Part shown: in pieces, positions 46,722-55,175 of the stretch
Position numbering within the stretch: position 1 is the first letter of the stretch
Layout: the number at the start of each line of letters is the position of its first letter
IMG/VR virus record: IMGVR_UViG_3300042560_001323
Span: 62,001-126,000 of that record
Strand: one strand, 5' to 3'
DNA: 64,000 bases
The notes under the pieces: model-generated
Told to the model about the DNA's origin: nothing
Database searches by the model: none
The model's input: only the letters and a program-made list of their open reading frames with translations
Made by a program: the position numbers and the translations under genes

Positions 46722-47137
46722 ATATTGTCAAACAATGAAACGAAAATCAGTCGTTTGCCCTGCTCCAGTAAGATGTGCATACCGATTAATTCTTGAGTTG
46801 CCCAGGTGACTGCCCTAGCCTCATCTAAGTCTTCAGTCCCATAATCATCGGCGTAATGTGACCAGATAGAATGCCAAGTGGCCTGCAGGGCTGCGTGTGC
46901 GGCTTTTGGATTTACGAAATGAGCAGCATCTTCTACATTACCAACAGAATTGTATTTAATTATGTAATCATATCGCTTGGCAACTTCTCTAAATTGAACT
47001 GTAGTAAGTGTATCAATCCATAACCAAAAATTTATGACCGCCGCACAATTCGGACCCAAAAAGTCTTCGGGGCGCTCCAAGGATTCAGAGGCTTCTGAGT
47101 ATTTGCTAAACCGTTGGTGAATTTTAGAGTAGGTCAT
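46718..47137 (-). CDS. Divergent member of the AAXX-repeat family lacking the regular repeats
   Basis: SKIHQRF...P.DFLGPN..AV.NFWLW.D.L and TQELIGMHILL..GK.L.FV.LF. Confidence 0.75.
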   Translation of the reverse strand: MTYSKIHQRFSKYSEASESLERPEDFLGPNCAAVINFWLWIDTLTTVQFREVAKRYDYIIKYNSVGNVEDAAHFVNPKAAHAALQATWHSIWSHYADDYGTEDLDEARAVTWATQELIGMHILLEQGKRLIFVSLFDNI

Positions 47138-47592
47138 AAGTCGTTAAAAAAAGGAACGAACAATAAAGTCTTACCATCGTCCAAAAGCGTGTGCATACCA
47201 ATTAGTTCATAGGTGGCATTCCTGGCGGCATACCCGGCGGCAAAATAGGCGGCAGACCCGGCGGCATCCCTGGCGGCAGACCAGGCGGCATCCCCGGCGG
47301 CATACCCGGCGGCAAAATAGGCGGCAGACCCGGCGGCATCCCTGGCGGCAGACCAGGCGGCATCCCCGGCGGCATACCCGGCGGCATACCTGGCGGCATC
47401 CCAGGCGGCATCGTCTAGGGCATCATAACGGCGGGCAACTTCATACCATTGGTTCTCGGTAAGACCGTCCATAAACCACCAGAAGTTAAGGACGGTTTCG
47501 TAGTTTGGTCCTAGAAAATTCTGTGGATTTTTTAGGGCTTCAGGGTTTTGAAGGCGGTTGGAGAAGTTTTGGTGGGCTTTTGAGTAATTCAT
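47134..47592 (-). CDS. Ala-Ala-X-X repeat protein family, copy B
   Basis: Same N- and C-domains as copy A; 16 tandem 12-bp units including a 6-unit higher-order duplication. Confidence 0.8.
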   Translation of the reverse strand: MNYSKAHQNFSNRLQNPEALKNPQNFLGPNYETVLNFWWFMDGLTENQWYEVARRYDALDDAAWDAARYAAGYAAGDAAWSAARDAAGSAAYFAAGYAAGDAAWSAARDAAGSAAYFAAGYAARNATYELIGMHTLLDDGKTLLFVPFFNDL

Positions 47593-47807
47593 TTTACAAA
47601 ATAAAGTTGCAACAATTTGGCCCCTTCAATAACTGCGAAAAAACTCCCAATTAAAACTGCATCCCACATCTTTAGTTGAATAAAAGAAGGAAACATTATG
47701 ATGCCGCCAATAAGCTTAATACCGAGACCAATTTTTACGTCACAATATAGAAGTATACAATAACCAACTATGAGAAGTAAATTGCCAAGCCACCGCAAAT
47801 TAGTCAT
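47589..47807 (-). CDS. Small membrane protein
   Basis: Hydrophobic 72 aa ORF. Confidence 0.65.
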   Translation of the reverse strand: MTNLRWLGNLLLIVGYCILLYCDVKIGLGIKLIGGIIMFPSFIQLKMWDAVLIGSFFAVIEGAKLLQLYFVK

Positions 47808-48031
47808 TTTAAGTATGCAGGTTCACCAACTAACATCTTTGCATATTCCATATCTTCCATTGCATATGAGCATTGAATGCTATTATCAAACAGGACTGAA
47901 TCTTTCCAAGTTTTAAAACGGGGATGCCGGATTTGAAGTCTATAATCCGGCATACCATTATGAAAGATTGTTCCCTTAATCACAAAGCGGAAATCATTTG
48001 TTTGAAGTAAAACTTTAGGTTGATTTGTCAT
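47804..48031 (-). CDS. Conserved cyanophage hypothetical protein
   Basis: NGMPDYRLQ.....W.D..LFDN..QC..AMED.EYAK. Confidence 0.75.
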   Translation of the reverse strand: MTNQPKVLLQTNDFRFVIKGTIFHNGMPDYRLQIRHPRFKTWKDSVLFDNSIQCSYAMEDMEYAKMLVGEPAYLK

Positions 48032-48255
48032 CAGACCATCACCTCAATCCCTAGTTCTTCTGAAATAAGATTGAGAATCATAATATAGTCAGCTTCCACT
48101 TCACCGTAAAATGAAACATTCTGATCTTCGTAAAACTTCACAATTTTTTTCCAGAGTTTTGGTTTATCAATAGGAAGAATAACTTCTCGGTCAAGGGCTC
48201 GCTGAAGAGTGTATTTTTCTTTGCGAAACTTTTCGGCAAAAGTTTGTTCAGACAT
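48031..48255 (-). CDS. Conserved cyanophage hypothetical protein
   Basis: KL.KK..KFYE.Q.V.FYG....DY. Confidence 0.75.
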   Translation of the reverse strand: MSEQTFAEKFRKEKYTLQRALDREVILPIDKPKLWKKIVKFYEDQNVSFYGEVEADYIMILNLISEELGIEVMV

Positions 48256-48366
48256 ATGTGGCTTGTGTTAATCATTAGTAAAGGACTGGTGAGATTTTTC
48301 TCGGTTTTATTATAGGGTATAATGCCCGGTTTGTCGAGCAACAGTGGACGGTTGTGATGGTGTCCA

Positions 48367-48437
48367 TAGGAACATCGGGGATTGAACCCAAATCAACCGG
48401 TTATAGGCCGGTCGCTCTTCCATTGAGCTATGCTCCC
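48367..48437 (-). tRNA. trnI: tRNA-Ile, anticodon UAU
   Basis: Cloverleaf GGGAGCA/TGTTCCT; anticodon arm ACCGG-CCTATAA-CCGGT; T loop TTCAATC; no encoded CCA. Confidence 0.85.
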
Positions 48438-48592
48438 ATCAAAATCAACAACCGTCGTTATGCTCTCCAAGATAGTTAAAATCGGCACTATCTTCTTTTT
48501 TCTGATGGTCAGTATACATCTGAAAACTTAATAATATTCCCCTTAAATGGGAACAATCATCCATTTCATTTCAATGTTTTCAGTCATTTTTA

Positions 48593-48787
48593 TCATAAGT
48601 ATTCGGGTGGATCAAAGGGTTCGTGAAACATTTCTTGTGAGCGCATTTTTATTGCTCTTTGAGTTATTGCTTCCACAGATTTTTCATCTATAAATCTTAT
48701 AGAATAGAGCATTTCACCTCTTTGAACTTTATTTAGCTCTGGATGATTGCTAGTCTCAAAGGGAATCCAACTTGATCTAAAAATCAT
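48593..48787 (-). CDS. Hypothetical protein
   Basis: 64 aa ORF. Confidence 0.55.
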   Translation of the reverse strand: MIFRSSWIPFETSNHPELNKVQRGEMLYSIRFIDEKSVEAITQRAIKMRSQEMFHEPFDPPEYL

Positions 48788-48939
48788 TTTTTGTTAAAGA
48801 ACGTCTCCATTGGGTCTACTCCGGTTTTTAAAATTGCACAAGCCCTTTTATAAAACTGGCAATCAGTTTTTCTGGATGCCTCTAGGGTATCTTTAATTTT
48901 TTGCCAGTTTTGGCGGGTGTGGTTGTCCATTTGATTAAT

Positions 48940-49212
48940 TCATTGAGTTAATTTATCTTCATATTCTTGAAAAATATTCATTTCCCAATAATCAAACTCT
49001 TCTTGAATTTTACGTTTTGCATCTTTGTATGATTTTTCGGTAAGACACCCCGGATTTTGATAAAGAATTTTCATTTGTTCAAGGGCATTTTGTAAGCCTT
49101 GGATATATTCAAAACTATATTTGCGGGCATTATATTGCTCTAAGGTCTCGGTTACTCCATCTGGGTAATAAAACTTTTCTGTTTGAGAATTAAATGTAAT
49201 TTGATTAGTCAT
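48940..49212 (-). CDS. Hypothetical protein
   Basis: 90 aa ORF; ATGA-coupled to copy C. Confidence 0.65.
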   Translation of the reverse strand: MTNQITFNSQTEKFYYPDGVTETLEQYNARKYSFEYIQGLQNALEQMKILYQNPGCLTEKSYKDAKRKIQEEFDYWEMNIFQEYEDKLTQ

Positions 49213-49631
49213 AAGTCGTTAAAAAGAGGAACGAACAACAAAGTCTTACCAGCATTCAATAAAGTGTGCATACCAATTAGTTCATAAGTTGCATACCCGG
49301 CGGCATACCCGGCGGCATACCCGGCGGCATCCCAGGCGGCATACGCGGCGGCATCCCAGGCGGCATCCCAGGCGGCATTCCTGGCGGCATCCCAGGCGGC
49401 ATCCCTGGCGGCATTCCTGGCGGCATACCTGGCGGCATACCAGGCGGCAGAGTCTAGGGCACGGTAGCGGCGGGCAACTTCATTCCATTGGTCGGCAGTA
49501 AGACCATCCATAAACCACCAGAAGTTAAGGACGGTTTCGTAGTTTGGTCCTAGAAAGTTTTGTGGACTTGTAAGAGCTTCAGGGTTTTGAAGTTCGTTGG
49601 AGAAGTTTTGGTGTGTTTTGGAAATTGGCAT
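49209..49631 (-). CDS. Ala-Ala-X-X repeat protein family, copy C
   Basis: Near-identical flanks to copies A and B; 13 tandem 12-bp units. Confidence 0.8.
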   Translation of the reverse strand: MPISKTHQNFSNELQNPEALTSPQNFLGPNYETVLNFWWFMDGLTADQWNEVARRYRALDSAAWYAARYAARNAARDAAWDAARNAAWDAAWDAAAYAAWDAAGYAAGYAAGYATYELIGMHTLLNAGKTLLFVPLFNDL

Positions 49632-49708
49632 CTCTTACTTTGTTTCATTGTAGAAACAATAACACAAACCGCGAGCATTGGGAGAAACAGTGGACGGTTT
49701 TGAAACTG

Positions 49709-49966
49709 TCACCGCTCCTCAAATGTTATTCTACGAACACCGCGCTTCTTTCTTTCTTCCTGCCACATTAAATCAGAAGAAGACAAGACACTCGCGGGCT
49801 TCTTATAAGAAGGGCTACCAGAAATAATAACAACTTGAGAAAGGTCAACAGCAGATACAGAATCCCCACGAATTGTTGCCATATTTGAACATTTACATAC
49901 TGAAGATTGGCCAGGTTTTGCAAGAACTTCAGTATTACAGGCAAGGCACCGAATTTTTAACATCAT
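49709..49966 (-). CDS. Conserved cyanophage zinc-binding-like protein
   Basis: RC..C..E......CKC.NM..I.GD.VSAVDLS.VV. Confidence 0.75.
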   Translation of the reverse strand: MMLKIRCLACNTEVLAKPGQSSVCKCSNMATIRGDSVSAVDLSQVVIISGSPSYKKPASVLSSSDLMWQEERKKRGVRRITFEER

Positions 49967-50032
49967 AAATCACCGAATAACAGTGATGCTATTTAGTTCT
50001 AAAAACTGCATAACCTTTAACGTTGTATTAGT

Positions 50033-50476
50033 TTACTGTAGGTAAGACCTCAACTTATAAACATTCTTACCGTGGGATTCCATCAAATCCTGCACAAGAT
50101 TTGCAGTTGCATAACTTCTTTGTTTTTCCGCTTCTTCGGAAATGTCTGTGAGCATTTCAATAAGACGTTCATTATCTGCACGCAGTTGTTCTACCATACC
50201 TCTTGCATCAATCTCTTGATTGGCATTGGCTGGCCCTTCAATAGCAGAAACCTCAACAATCCGCTCAAGTCTTGAGACTGGGCGAATGTTGAGGTAGCGC
50301 ATATGCTCACTGAGCCTATCAATCTCATCAAACATTTCGGTATATTGGTCGCCAAAAAGTTCGTGTAACTGAGGAAAATCCGTTCCAACGACATTATGAT
50401 GGTAGTTCCAGGTTTTCTGGAATAGAACAAACAATGTGGCCTGGGTGTCACTCAATAGTTTAAATAATTTTTCCAT
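50033..50476 (-). CDS. dps: Dps / ferritin-like DNA protection protein
   Basis: KTWNYHHNVVG.DFPQLHELF..QY.EM..E.D..SEHMR; HGK..YKLRS. Confidence 0.92.
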   Translation of the reverse strand: MEKLFKLLSDTQATLFVLFQKTWNYHHNVVGTDFPQLHELFGDQYTEMFDEIDRLSEHMRYLNIRPVSRLERIVEVSAIEGPANANQEIDARGMVEQLRADNERLIEMLTDISEEAEKQRSYATANLVQDLMESHGKNVYKLRSYLQ

Positions 50477-50491
50477 TATAGTCTTTTTGAA

Positions 50492-50653
50492 TAGTAACAA
50501 AAACCAATAAGAGTCAAAAACTCTATTGATTTTCTAGACGCTTCATAGCAGATGCTAAATGGTTTAAATAACCTTTTAGTCTTAATTCCACTCCACGTCT
50601 GTAATCGGTGTACTCCACCAATACCCGAAAAGCATTAACTAACCGGGCACAAT
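50492..50653 (-). ncRNA. Dispersed structured RNA cassette, copy 4
   Basis: Core conserved with copies 1-3; C-G to U-G compatible changes; CTAAATA at 50654-50660 directly upstream. Confidence 0.85.
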
Positions 50654-50663
50654 TATTTAGGTC

Positions 50664-51071
50664 TTAGAGCAACTTCAAATGACCAGTAATATCCTGAAGT
50701 TCTTCCTTTGTTGCAGGACCAATGGCACAACAAGTAAGGGTCTTAACCCCTTTAAATTCGGTAAGTCCCGAGTCTTCAATAATCTCGCAAATTTGATTGG
50801 TTAGTTTTGCCTTATCGTAGATGGCTAAAAGTTCTTCTTCAGAATCCACTGACACGCAAATCTTAGTAAATGCACCCTTTAGCCACTCTTTAACCCGCCA
50901 ATCAATTAGATGTGGTAGAATGGCAGCCACAGAGGCGTGTGCGCCTTGTGCGACCATCTTACCCTTCCGCATATTTAAGTCTTTGCGTATTACGATGACT
51001 TGTTGTAGTTTGTTTGTTTCTTCTCCTTGTTCTGCAATTTCTGTCATATCTTCATAGTTAAGGTTAGTCAT
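50664..51071 (-). CDS. pth2: Peptidyl-tRNA hydrolase, Pth2 type
   Basis: QVIVIRKDL.M.KGKMVAQGAHAS, FTKI, DSGLTE...LTCCAIGP, ITGHLKLL. Confidence 0.93.
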   Translation of the reverse strand: MTNLNYEDMTEIAEQGEETNKLQQVIVIRKDLNMRKGKMVAQGAHASVAAILPHLIDWRVKEWLKGAFTKICVSVDSEEELLAIYDKAKLTNQICEIIEDSGLTEFKGVKTLTCCAIGPATKEELQDITGHLKLL

Positions 51072-51072
51072 T

Positions 51073-51255
51073 TCAGTTTCCTACAAAATATGGTAAATCG
51101 TTTTCTTTAGGTTCTGATTGAGTTGCCCCAGGAAAGAGTTTTCGGAGTTCTTGTAATACGGGGATAAGTTCGTGGTCATACTTTATATCTCCACTATTGT
51201 TTAGTCTCAATAAAAGGTTGTAAAGTTGCCTCAATTGCTCTTCAGTCAAAGACAA
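51073..51255 (-). CDS. Hypothetical protein
   Basis: MSLT.EQL..LYNLL. Confidence 0.6.
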   Translation of the reverse strand: MSLTEEQLRQLYNLLLRLNNSGDIKYDHELIPVLQELRKLFPGATQSEPKENDLPYFVGN

Positions 51256-51273
51256 TTTATAGTTTTTTGAATT

Positions 51274-51534
51274 TCAATCATTTTTTAGTTCCTTATACTT
51301 AAGTGCAAAGTGTTCGTAAATACTCATAACAATATGTTCCATATACTCGGTGTGATGATGCATAGGAATTTTAAGATTAGAACAGAATGCTTGTGCGTTT
51401 GACCTCAAAAGACAATCTCCAATCTGCCCTTCTCTTTTCCATTCTTTATAGTTATCAATCATATCCCACAAACTTTCTTCGTTTCCGTTGTCTGCGAAGT
51501 GTTTTACAAACTGGTCAATCGTGTAATATTTCAT
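51274..51534 (-). CDS. Hypothetical protein
   Basis: 86 aa ORF in operon. Confidence 0.65.
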   Translation of the reverse strand: MKYYTIDQFVKHFADNGNEESLWDMIDNYKEWKREGQIGDCLLRSNAQAFCSNLKIPMHHHTEYMEHIVMSIYEHFALKYKELKND

Positions 51535-51773
51535 TATGGTCTGTTTAGTCGGTTGGTAGATTGTTCATAGGGTGTTCCTTTTCGGGTTAGTTGAGAAACA
51601 GTAAGAGAGTCTTTTCTCCAAGTTTGTAAAACTTCTCCTGTTTCTTTATTCATAAGATGCGCCCAGTCAGTTGCTACTGTTCCGCAACAATCAATAAATT
51701 TTCCATAAGTGGATACTTCCATTACTGTGGGAAGATGATTATAATGGGAATGAAAGAATGCTACAAGGGTCAT
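51534..51773 (-). CDS. Hypothetical protein
   Basis: 79 aa ORF in operon. Confidence 0.6.
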   Translation of the reverse strand: MTLVAFFHSHYNHLPTVMEVSTYGKFIDCCGTVATDWAHLMNKETGEVLQTWRKDSLTVSQLTRKGTPYEQSTNRLNRP

Positions 51774-52045
51774 TTGGTTTCCTCACAAATCATACAGTAT
51801 TTACATTGAAAACTAAAGTGGTCATTATGATGAGCATATTTCTCACCTCTTAGTTCCCCCGAATAATAAATCTCATACCAGTGTTCATCTTCGTGGTCTG
51901 ATGCTGGATAGATTTTAATCTCATCAATCGTTACGACAAGATTAGCGCCATCAACAGAAACCCAACGAGTTCCAACTTTAAATTCTTTTCGGGGAAAAAT
52001 GTGACTGACAATTACTCTGTGTCCGTTAATGATTTCAGTTTCCAT
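51770..52045 (-). CDS. Hypothetical protein
   Basis: 91 aa ORF in operon. Confidence 0.65.
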   Translation of the reverse strand: METEIINGHRVIVSHIFPRKEFKVGTRWVSVDGANLVVTIDEIKIYPASDHEDEHWYEIYYSGELRGEKYAHHNDHFSFQCKYCMICEETK

Positions 52046-52068
52046 TGGTTTGGTTGCTTATGCGAGTA

Positions 52069-52518
52069 TTATAGCACCTTTGGGGGTGGGTTGGGGTCTG
52101 GGGAGACAGCTAGTGAAGCGTCATATTCAAGATATTCTATTTTATCTTTTTGTGATTTTTGGAAATCCTCAGTAATAATCTCATTTGCCCAGTGTTTGCT
52201 TGAAAAGGGACCAATGTTAGAAATGTCTACCCAGAAAAACCACAGAACTTTCTTTTGTGGTTGATACCAAACTGTTTCATCACCTTTAGTGATTTTTTTG
52301 GTGCGATAATTATTCATTTGATCTTGTTCTGGTAAGAAATCTTCACGGATTAATCGGGGTTTAGGAAATTCAGGTTTCATATTTTTAAGTTTAAGTTGAG
52401 GTTCGCCTTTTGGGGGATTTCGGTTTTCGTATAAGCTACCTCCCAACCAGAAAACACCGGGAGCAATTTCCCGTTCTTTTGAGAAGAGAAACTTTAATAC
52501 GACAACAAATACCTTCAT
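52069..52518 (-). CDS. Hypothetical protein
   Basis: 149 aa ORF; C-half YRTKK...YQPQKK.LWFFW. Confidence 0.6.
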   Translation of the reverse strand: MKVFVVVLKFLFSKEREIAPGVFWLGGSLYENRNPPKGEPQLKLKNMKPEFPKPRLIREDFLPEQDQMNNYRTKKITKGDETVWYQPQKKVLWFFWVDISNIGPFSSKHWANEIITEDFQKSQKDKIEYLEYDASLAVSPDPNPPPKVL

Positions 52519-52880
52519 TTCATTTTCAAGTGATTATCAAGTTCATATCTATGTCGTTCAAAGCAACCCATCGCAGTTCCAAATGCCCAGTTATCATAAT
52601 CTTCCTGAGTTGGTTCTGTATCATTACCATCTTCCCATTCCACAAAAAAGTCTTCAATAGGACAATCAAATTCAATGTATGCGGTTTTTGGTTTATATGC
52701 ATTTTCCCTAATTCATCAGCGATTTTATAAAGAATACTAGGATAACCATTCATATTGTCGGCAAATGTTCGCAGAGAAGTAGCAAGTGCTTCCTTCATAT
52801 CATCAGTTGGCGGCTGGGATAGTTCACTACAGAATGCTTCCCACATTTTTTGTGCTCGTTCAGACATTTTCCAGTTCATT
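52515..52880 (-). CDS. Hypothetical protein (SERAQK..ADEL family) with a probable frameshift
   Basis: The frame after GAATTAGGGAAAATG reads more protein-like in -1 (ENAYKPKTAYIEFDCPIEDFF...). Confidence 0.45.
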
Positions 52881-53122
52881 GATAAGAGATAAAATACTAT
52901 TCCGTAAGAATTGATTATTTTGCCATTCGCGGTCTGCTTCATCATCCCAAAATTGAGAGTCTCCTGGATGTGGATCATTAGGAACAATCTCGTTAGCAAT
53001 AAAGAGAAGAACATTACGGGTTGCATTTAAACTTTTTCCTGTTTATCTACACTGCTTGCAAACTTCATTAGACTGAATAATATTTAAAACTTTTTGAGCA
53101 GTTGAAGAGATTTGATTATTGG

Positions 53123-53478
53123 TCATTTTCCGTATTTTAAAATCATTTTGAGAGTTGTTGCGGGTTCCATATTATCTTCAAGTTTATGAGGTTCTAGGAG
53201 TTTTGCAAGTTCCTCATATTTTGCTTTGTAGTTAGTTCCTAAATCTACATCCTCATCACAAAAAGCATCTTGAACAATTCTCAAAGATGCTACTATTTTA
53301 TTTGGATGGTCTTTGGGCGAGTACTCAAAGTTCTCAAATACACCTCTCATCCATTCTGGGGTATATGCATACTTATGAATAACTTTTCGGACATCATCTT
53401 CGTCTAAAATGTAGAGGAAGTGATATACTGGGAGATATCCAGTATTTGCTGATATGTCTTTGTAATAATCAAATTTCA
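53123..53478 (-). CDS. Hypothetical protein
   Basis: Start refined to MKFDYY downstream of ATAAATA at about 53500. Confidence 0.65.
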
Positions 53479-53512
53479 TTATTAGTTCCTTTAGTGATAT
53501 ATTTATTAAAAT

Positions 53513-53682
53513 GAATCCCCAACCGAAGTCGGGGATTCTAAACGGGGGTTCTCTAAGTTTTTCTAGAATTCTTAGAGAACGATGAGTCTGATACTCAAAA
53601 GAGTAGAGCAGCGACGGTATGAAAGGGTTATCTCGCAAGGTGGCGATATTAAATCACCGGGCGGGATACACTTTCCAATTCC
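53513..53682 (-). ncRNA. Candidate stand-alone structured RNA
   Basis: Bounded by late promoter ATAAATA (53683-89) and terminator-like GAATCCCC/GGGGATTC hairpin; internal perfect 10-bp stem GTTCTCTAAG/CTTAGAGAAC and other hairpins. Confidence 0.5.
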
Positions 53683-53749
53683 TATTTATTATTAAGACTT
53701 TCATCACAAAACAGGCAAAACTATGTGAAAGAATTTGGCTAAAAGCCAA

Positions 53750-53822
53750 CGGCCAATAGGAGATTTGAACTCCTGTAACCTACTAGACATGTAGGTGTCC
53801 TAGACCACTAGACGAATTGGCC
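53750..53822 (-). tRNA. trnD: tRNA-Asp, anticodon GUC
   Basis: GGCCAAT/ATTGGCC acceptor; anticodon arm CCTAC-ATGTCTA-GTAGG; T loop TTCAAAT. Confidence 0.88.
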
Positions 53823-53825
53823 ATA

Positions 53826-53873
53826 TCCAGACCTCCCCAAACGGTGCCGTCTACCGCTGACTTATTCCTGGAT
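53826..53873 (-). pseudogene. Truncated tRNA-like remnant (5' half, TGG = Pro-like)
   Basis: D-arm-like TAAGTCAGCGGTAGAC, then GCACCGTTTGGGG; no T arm; ends can pair (ATCCAG/CTGGAT). Confidence 0.35.
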
Positions 53874-53894
53874 GTGTCAACTATTTAGGTTGAT

Positions 53895-54048
<154 letters not shown>

Positions 54049-54119
54049 TTAATGAAATTAAGTTTTTGTGCCTTTTAGAGCATTTCAAGAATTTGAGTTG
54101 TAGAAACAGTCATTTTAGT

Positions 54120-54260
54120 TTACCTCTTGGCAATTACACCAAATAAAAATCCAGAAATCCATTTAGTAGCACCAGAAGGTTCTGGAACTACCAGTAAAAC
54201 CATAGCAACAATTATAAGTGCGGCTATAACCACTTTAACTGTTTTCTCCTCGTTGGTCAT
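54120..54260 (-). CDS. Small membrane peptide (46 aa)
   Basis: Manual translation MTNEEKTVKVVIAALIIVAMVLLVVPEPSGATKWISGFLFGVIAKR. Confidence 0.5.
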   Translation of the reverse strand: MTNEEKTVKVVIAALIIVAMVLLVVPEPSGATKWISGFLFGVIAKR

Positions 54261-54311
54261 AAAAATACATCCACAATTAAAACATCAATTAGAATGAAAT
54301 TGGTCATTCAA

Positions 54312-54594
54312 CACCCCGTGAGGGCTACGATCCCCCGATCTACTGCTTAGCGTACCACTATGGTTTTCACCACCACCACATTTAGTGTTTGTGGTCTGGA
54401 CCATCCCTTCACCATATTTCTTAAGAACTTAGGTGCTTCCCGTCTGGTCTCTACACGTTCAAGATTTCTCTTGCTTCGCTCGGGATTGCCATTTTAAAGG
54501 TTTCCCCGAATTTGAGAAGTTACATTCATAGAGTTTCCCCTATGGCGCTCCATCAGTTTAAGGCAGTTGCTTTATCCGGCTAAGCTAACGGGGC
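54312..54594 (-). tRNA. trnR: tRNA-Arg(UCU) interrupted by a group I intron
   Basis: Exons 54594-54560 and 54350-54312 splice to ACTGC-CTTCTAA-GCAGT; acceptor GCCCCGT/ACGGGGT. Confidence 0.88.
54351..54559 (-). mobile_element. Group I intron, 209 nt, no ORF
   Basis: Follows a U, ends in G; core P AAATTCGGGGAAA, Q AATCCCGAGC, R GTAGAGACCA, S AAGGGATGGTCC (P7 GACCA/TGGTC). Confidence 0.88.
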
Positions 54595-54632
54595 AAAAAA
54601 TTCCTTCAATAAGAAGAGAATTATTCAACTAC

Positions 54633-54639
54633 TATTTAG
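54633..54639 (-). promoter_or_regulatory. Late promoter CTAAATA upstream of tRNA-Arg
   Basis: Motif match about 40 nt 5' of the tRNA. Confidence 0.5.
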
Positions 54640-54731
54640 AAGTTTTATGGATAGGAATGTGATTGATTTCTCAACCACCCCTTAAGAATAACACAAAACC
54701 ACCAGAACGGTGAGAGCGTGTGCCAGTTTGA

Positions 54732-55172
54732 TTACTGGCTAATTTCTTCAAGATGTGGCGGAACAAAAGAAGCCCGAATACCCATAACGCCACCTAATTT
54801 CCTTTGAGCCTCGCTATTATCGGGTCTGAACTCATAATACACAGCATTCTCAATAAGAACCCGCTCGGGTCTATACCGATACTCATCAAGTATCTGCTGG
54901 TTCTTCATTTTAGGTTTATACATTCTCTTTTCTTCCCGTTCATACTGCTCTATCGCAGAATCAACATCGTATTTTACTCTGCTGTCTAATAATTCAGGGG
55001 TTTTAATAATGTATTCATTTAACTCTTTCGGAGAGTATTTAGTGTTTCTTTGAATCTGGTCATTAAGAACCCAAACTTTCTCTTCAGATAAACCGGTGCA
55101 ACGGGAAATACAGAAAACAATCGTTGTTATTGTCAGAGATATAACTGTCCATCTAATAGCTTCTTTTTTCAC
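54732..55172 (-). CDS. Hypothetical membrane-anchored protein
   Basis: N-terminal TM helix; C-terminal I.NAVYYE....KLGG..GIR. Confidence 0.7.
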   Translation of the reverse strand: MKKEAIRWTVISLTITTIVFCISRCTGLSEEKVWVLNDQIQRNTKYSPKELNEYIIKTPELLDSRVKYDVDSAIEQYEREEKRMYKPKMKNQQILDEYRYRPERVLIENAVYYEFRPDNSEAQRKLGGVMGIRASFVPPHLEEISQ

Positions 55173-55175
55173 CTA

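Noticed and set aside
47202-47411. PPGM-repeat ORF, and similar ORFs 19660-19983 and 49289-49501
   Set aside because: Alternate-frame or antisense readings of the 12-bp repeat arrays
48260-48480. Theta (HDV-like) ribozymes next to the tRNAs
   Set aside because: No nested double-pseudoknot pattern recognisable at the tRNA 3' trailers by eye
53479-53638. N-terminal extension of ORF 53123-53638
   Set aside because: Runs through strong hairpins and a terminator-like stem; a late promoter and RBS precede the internal MKFDY start
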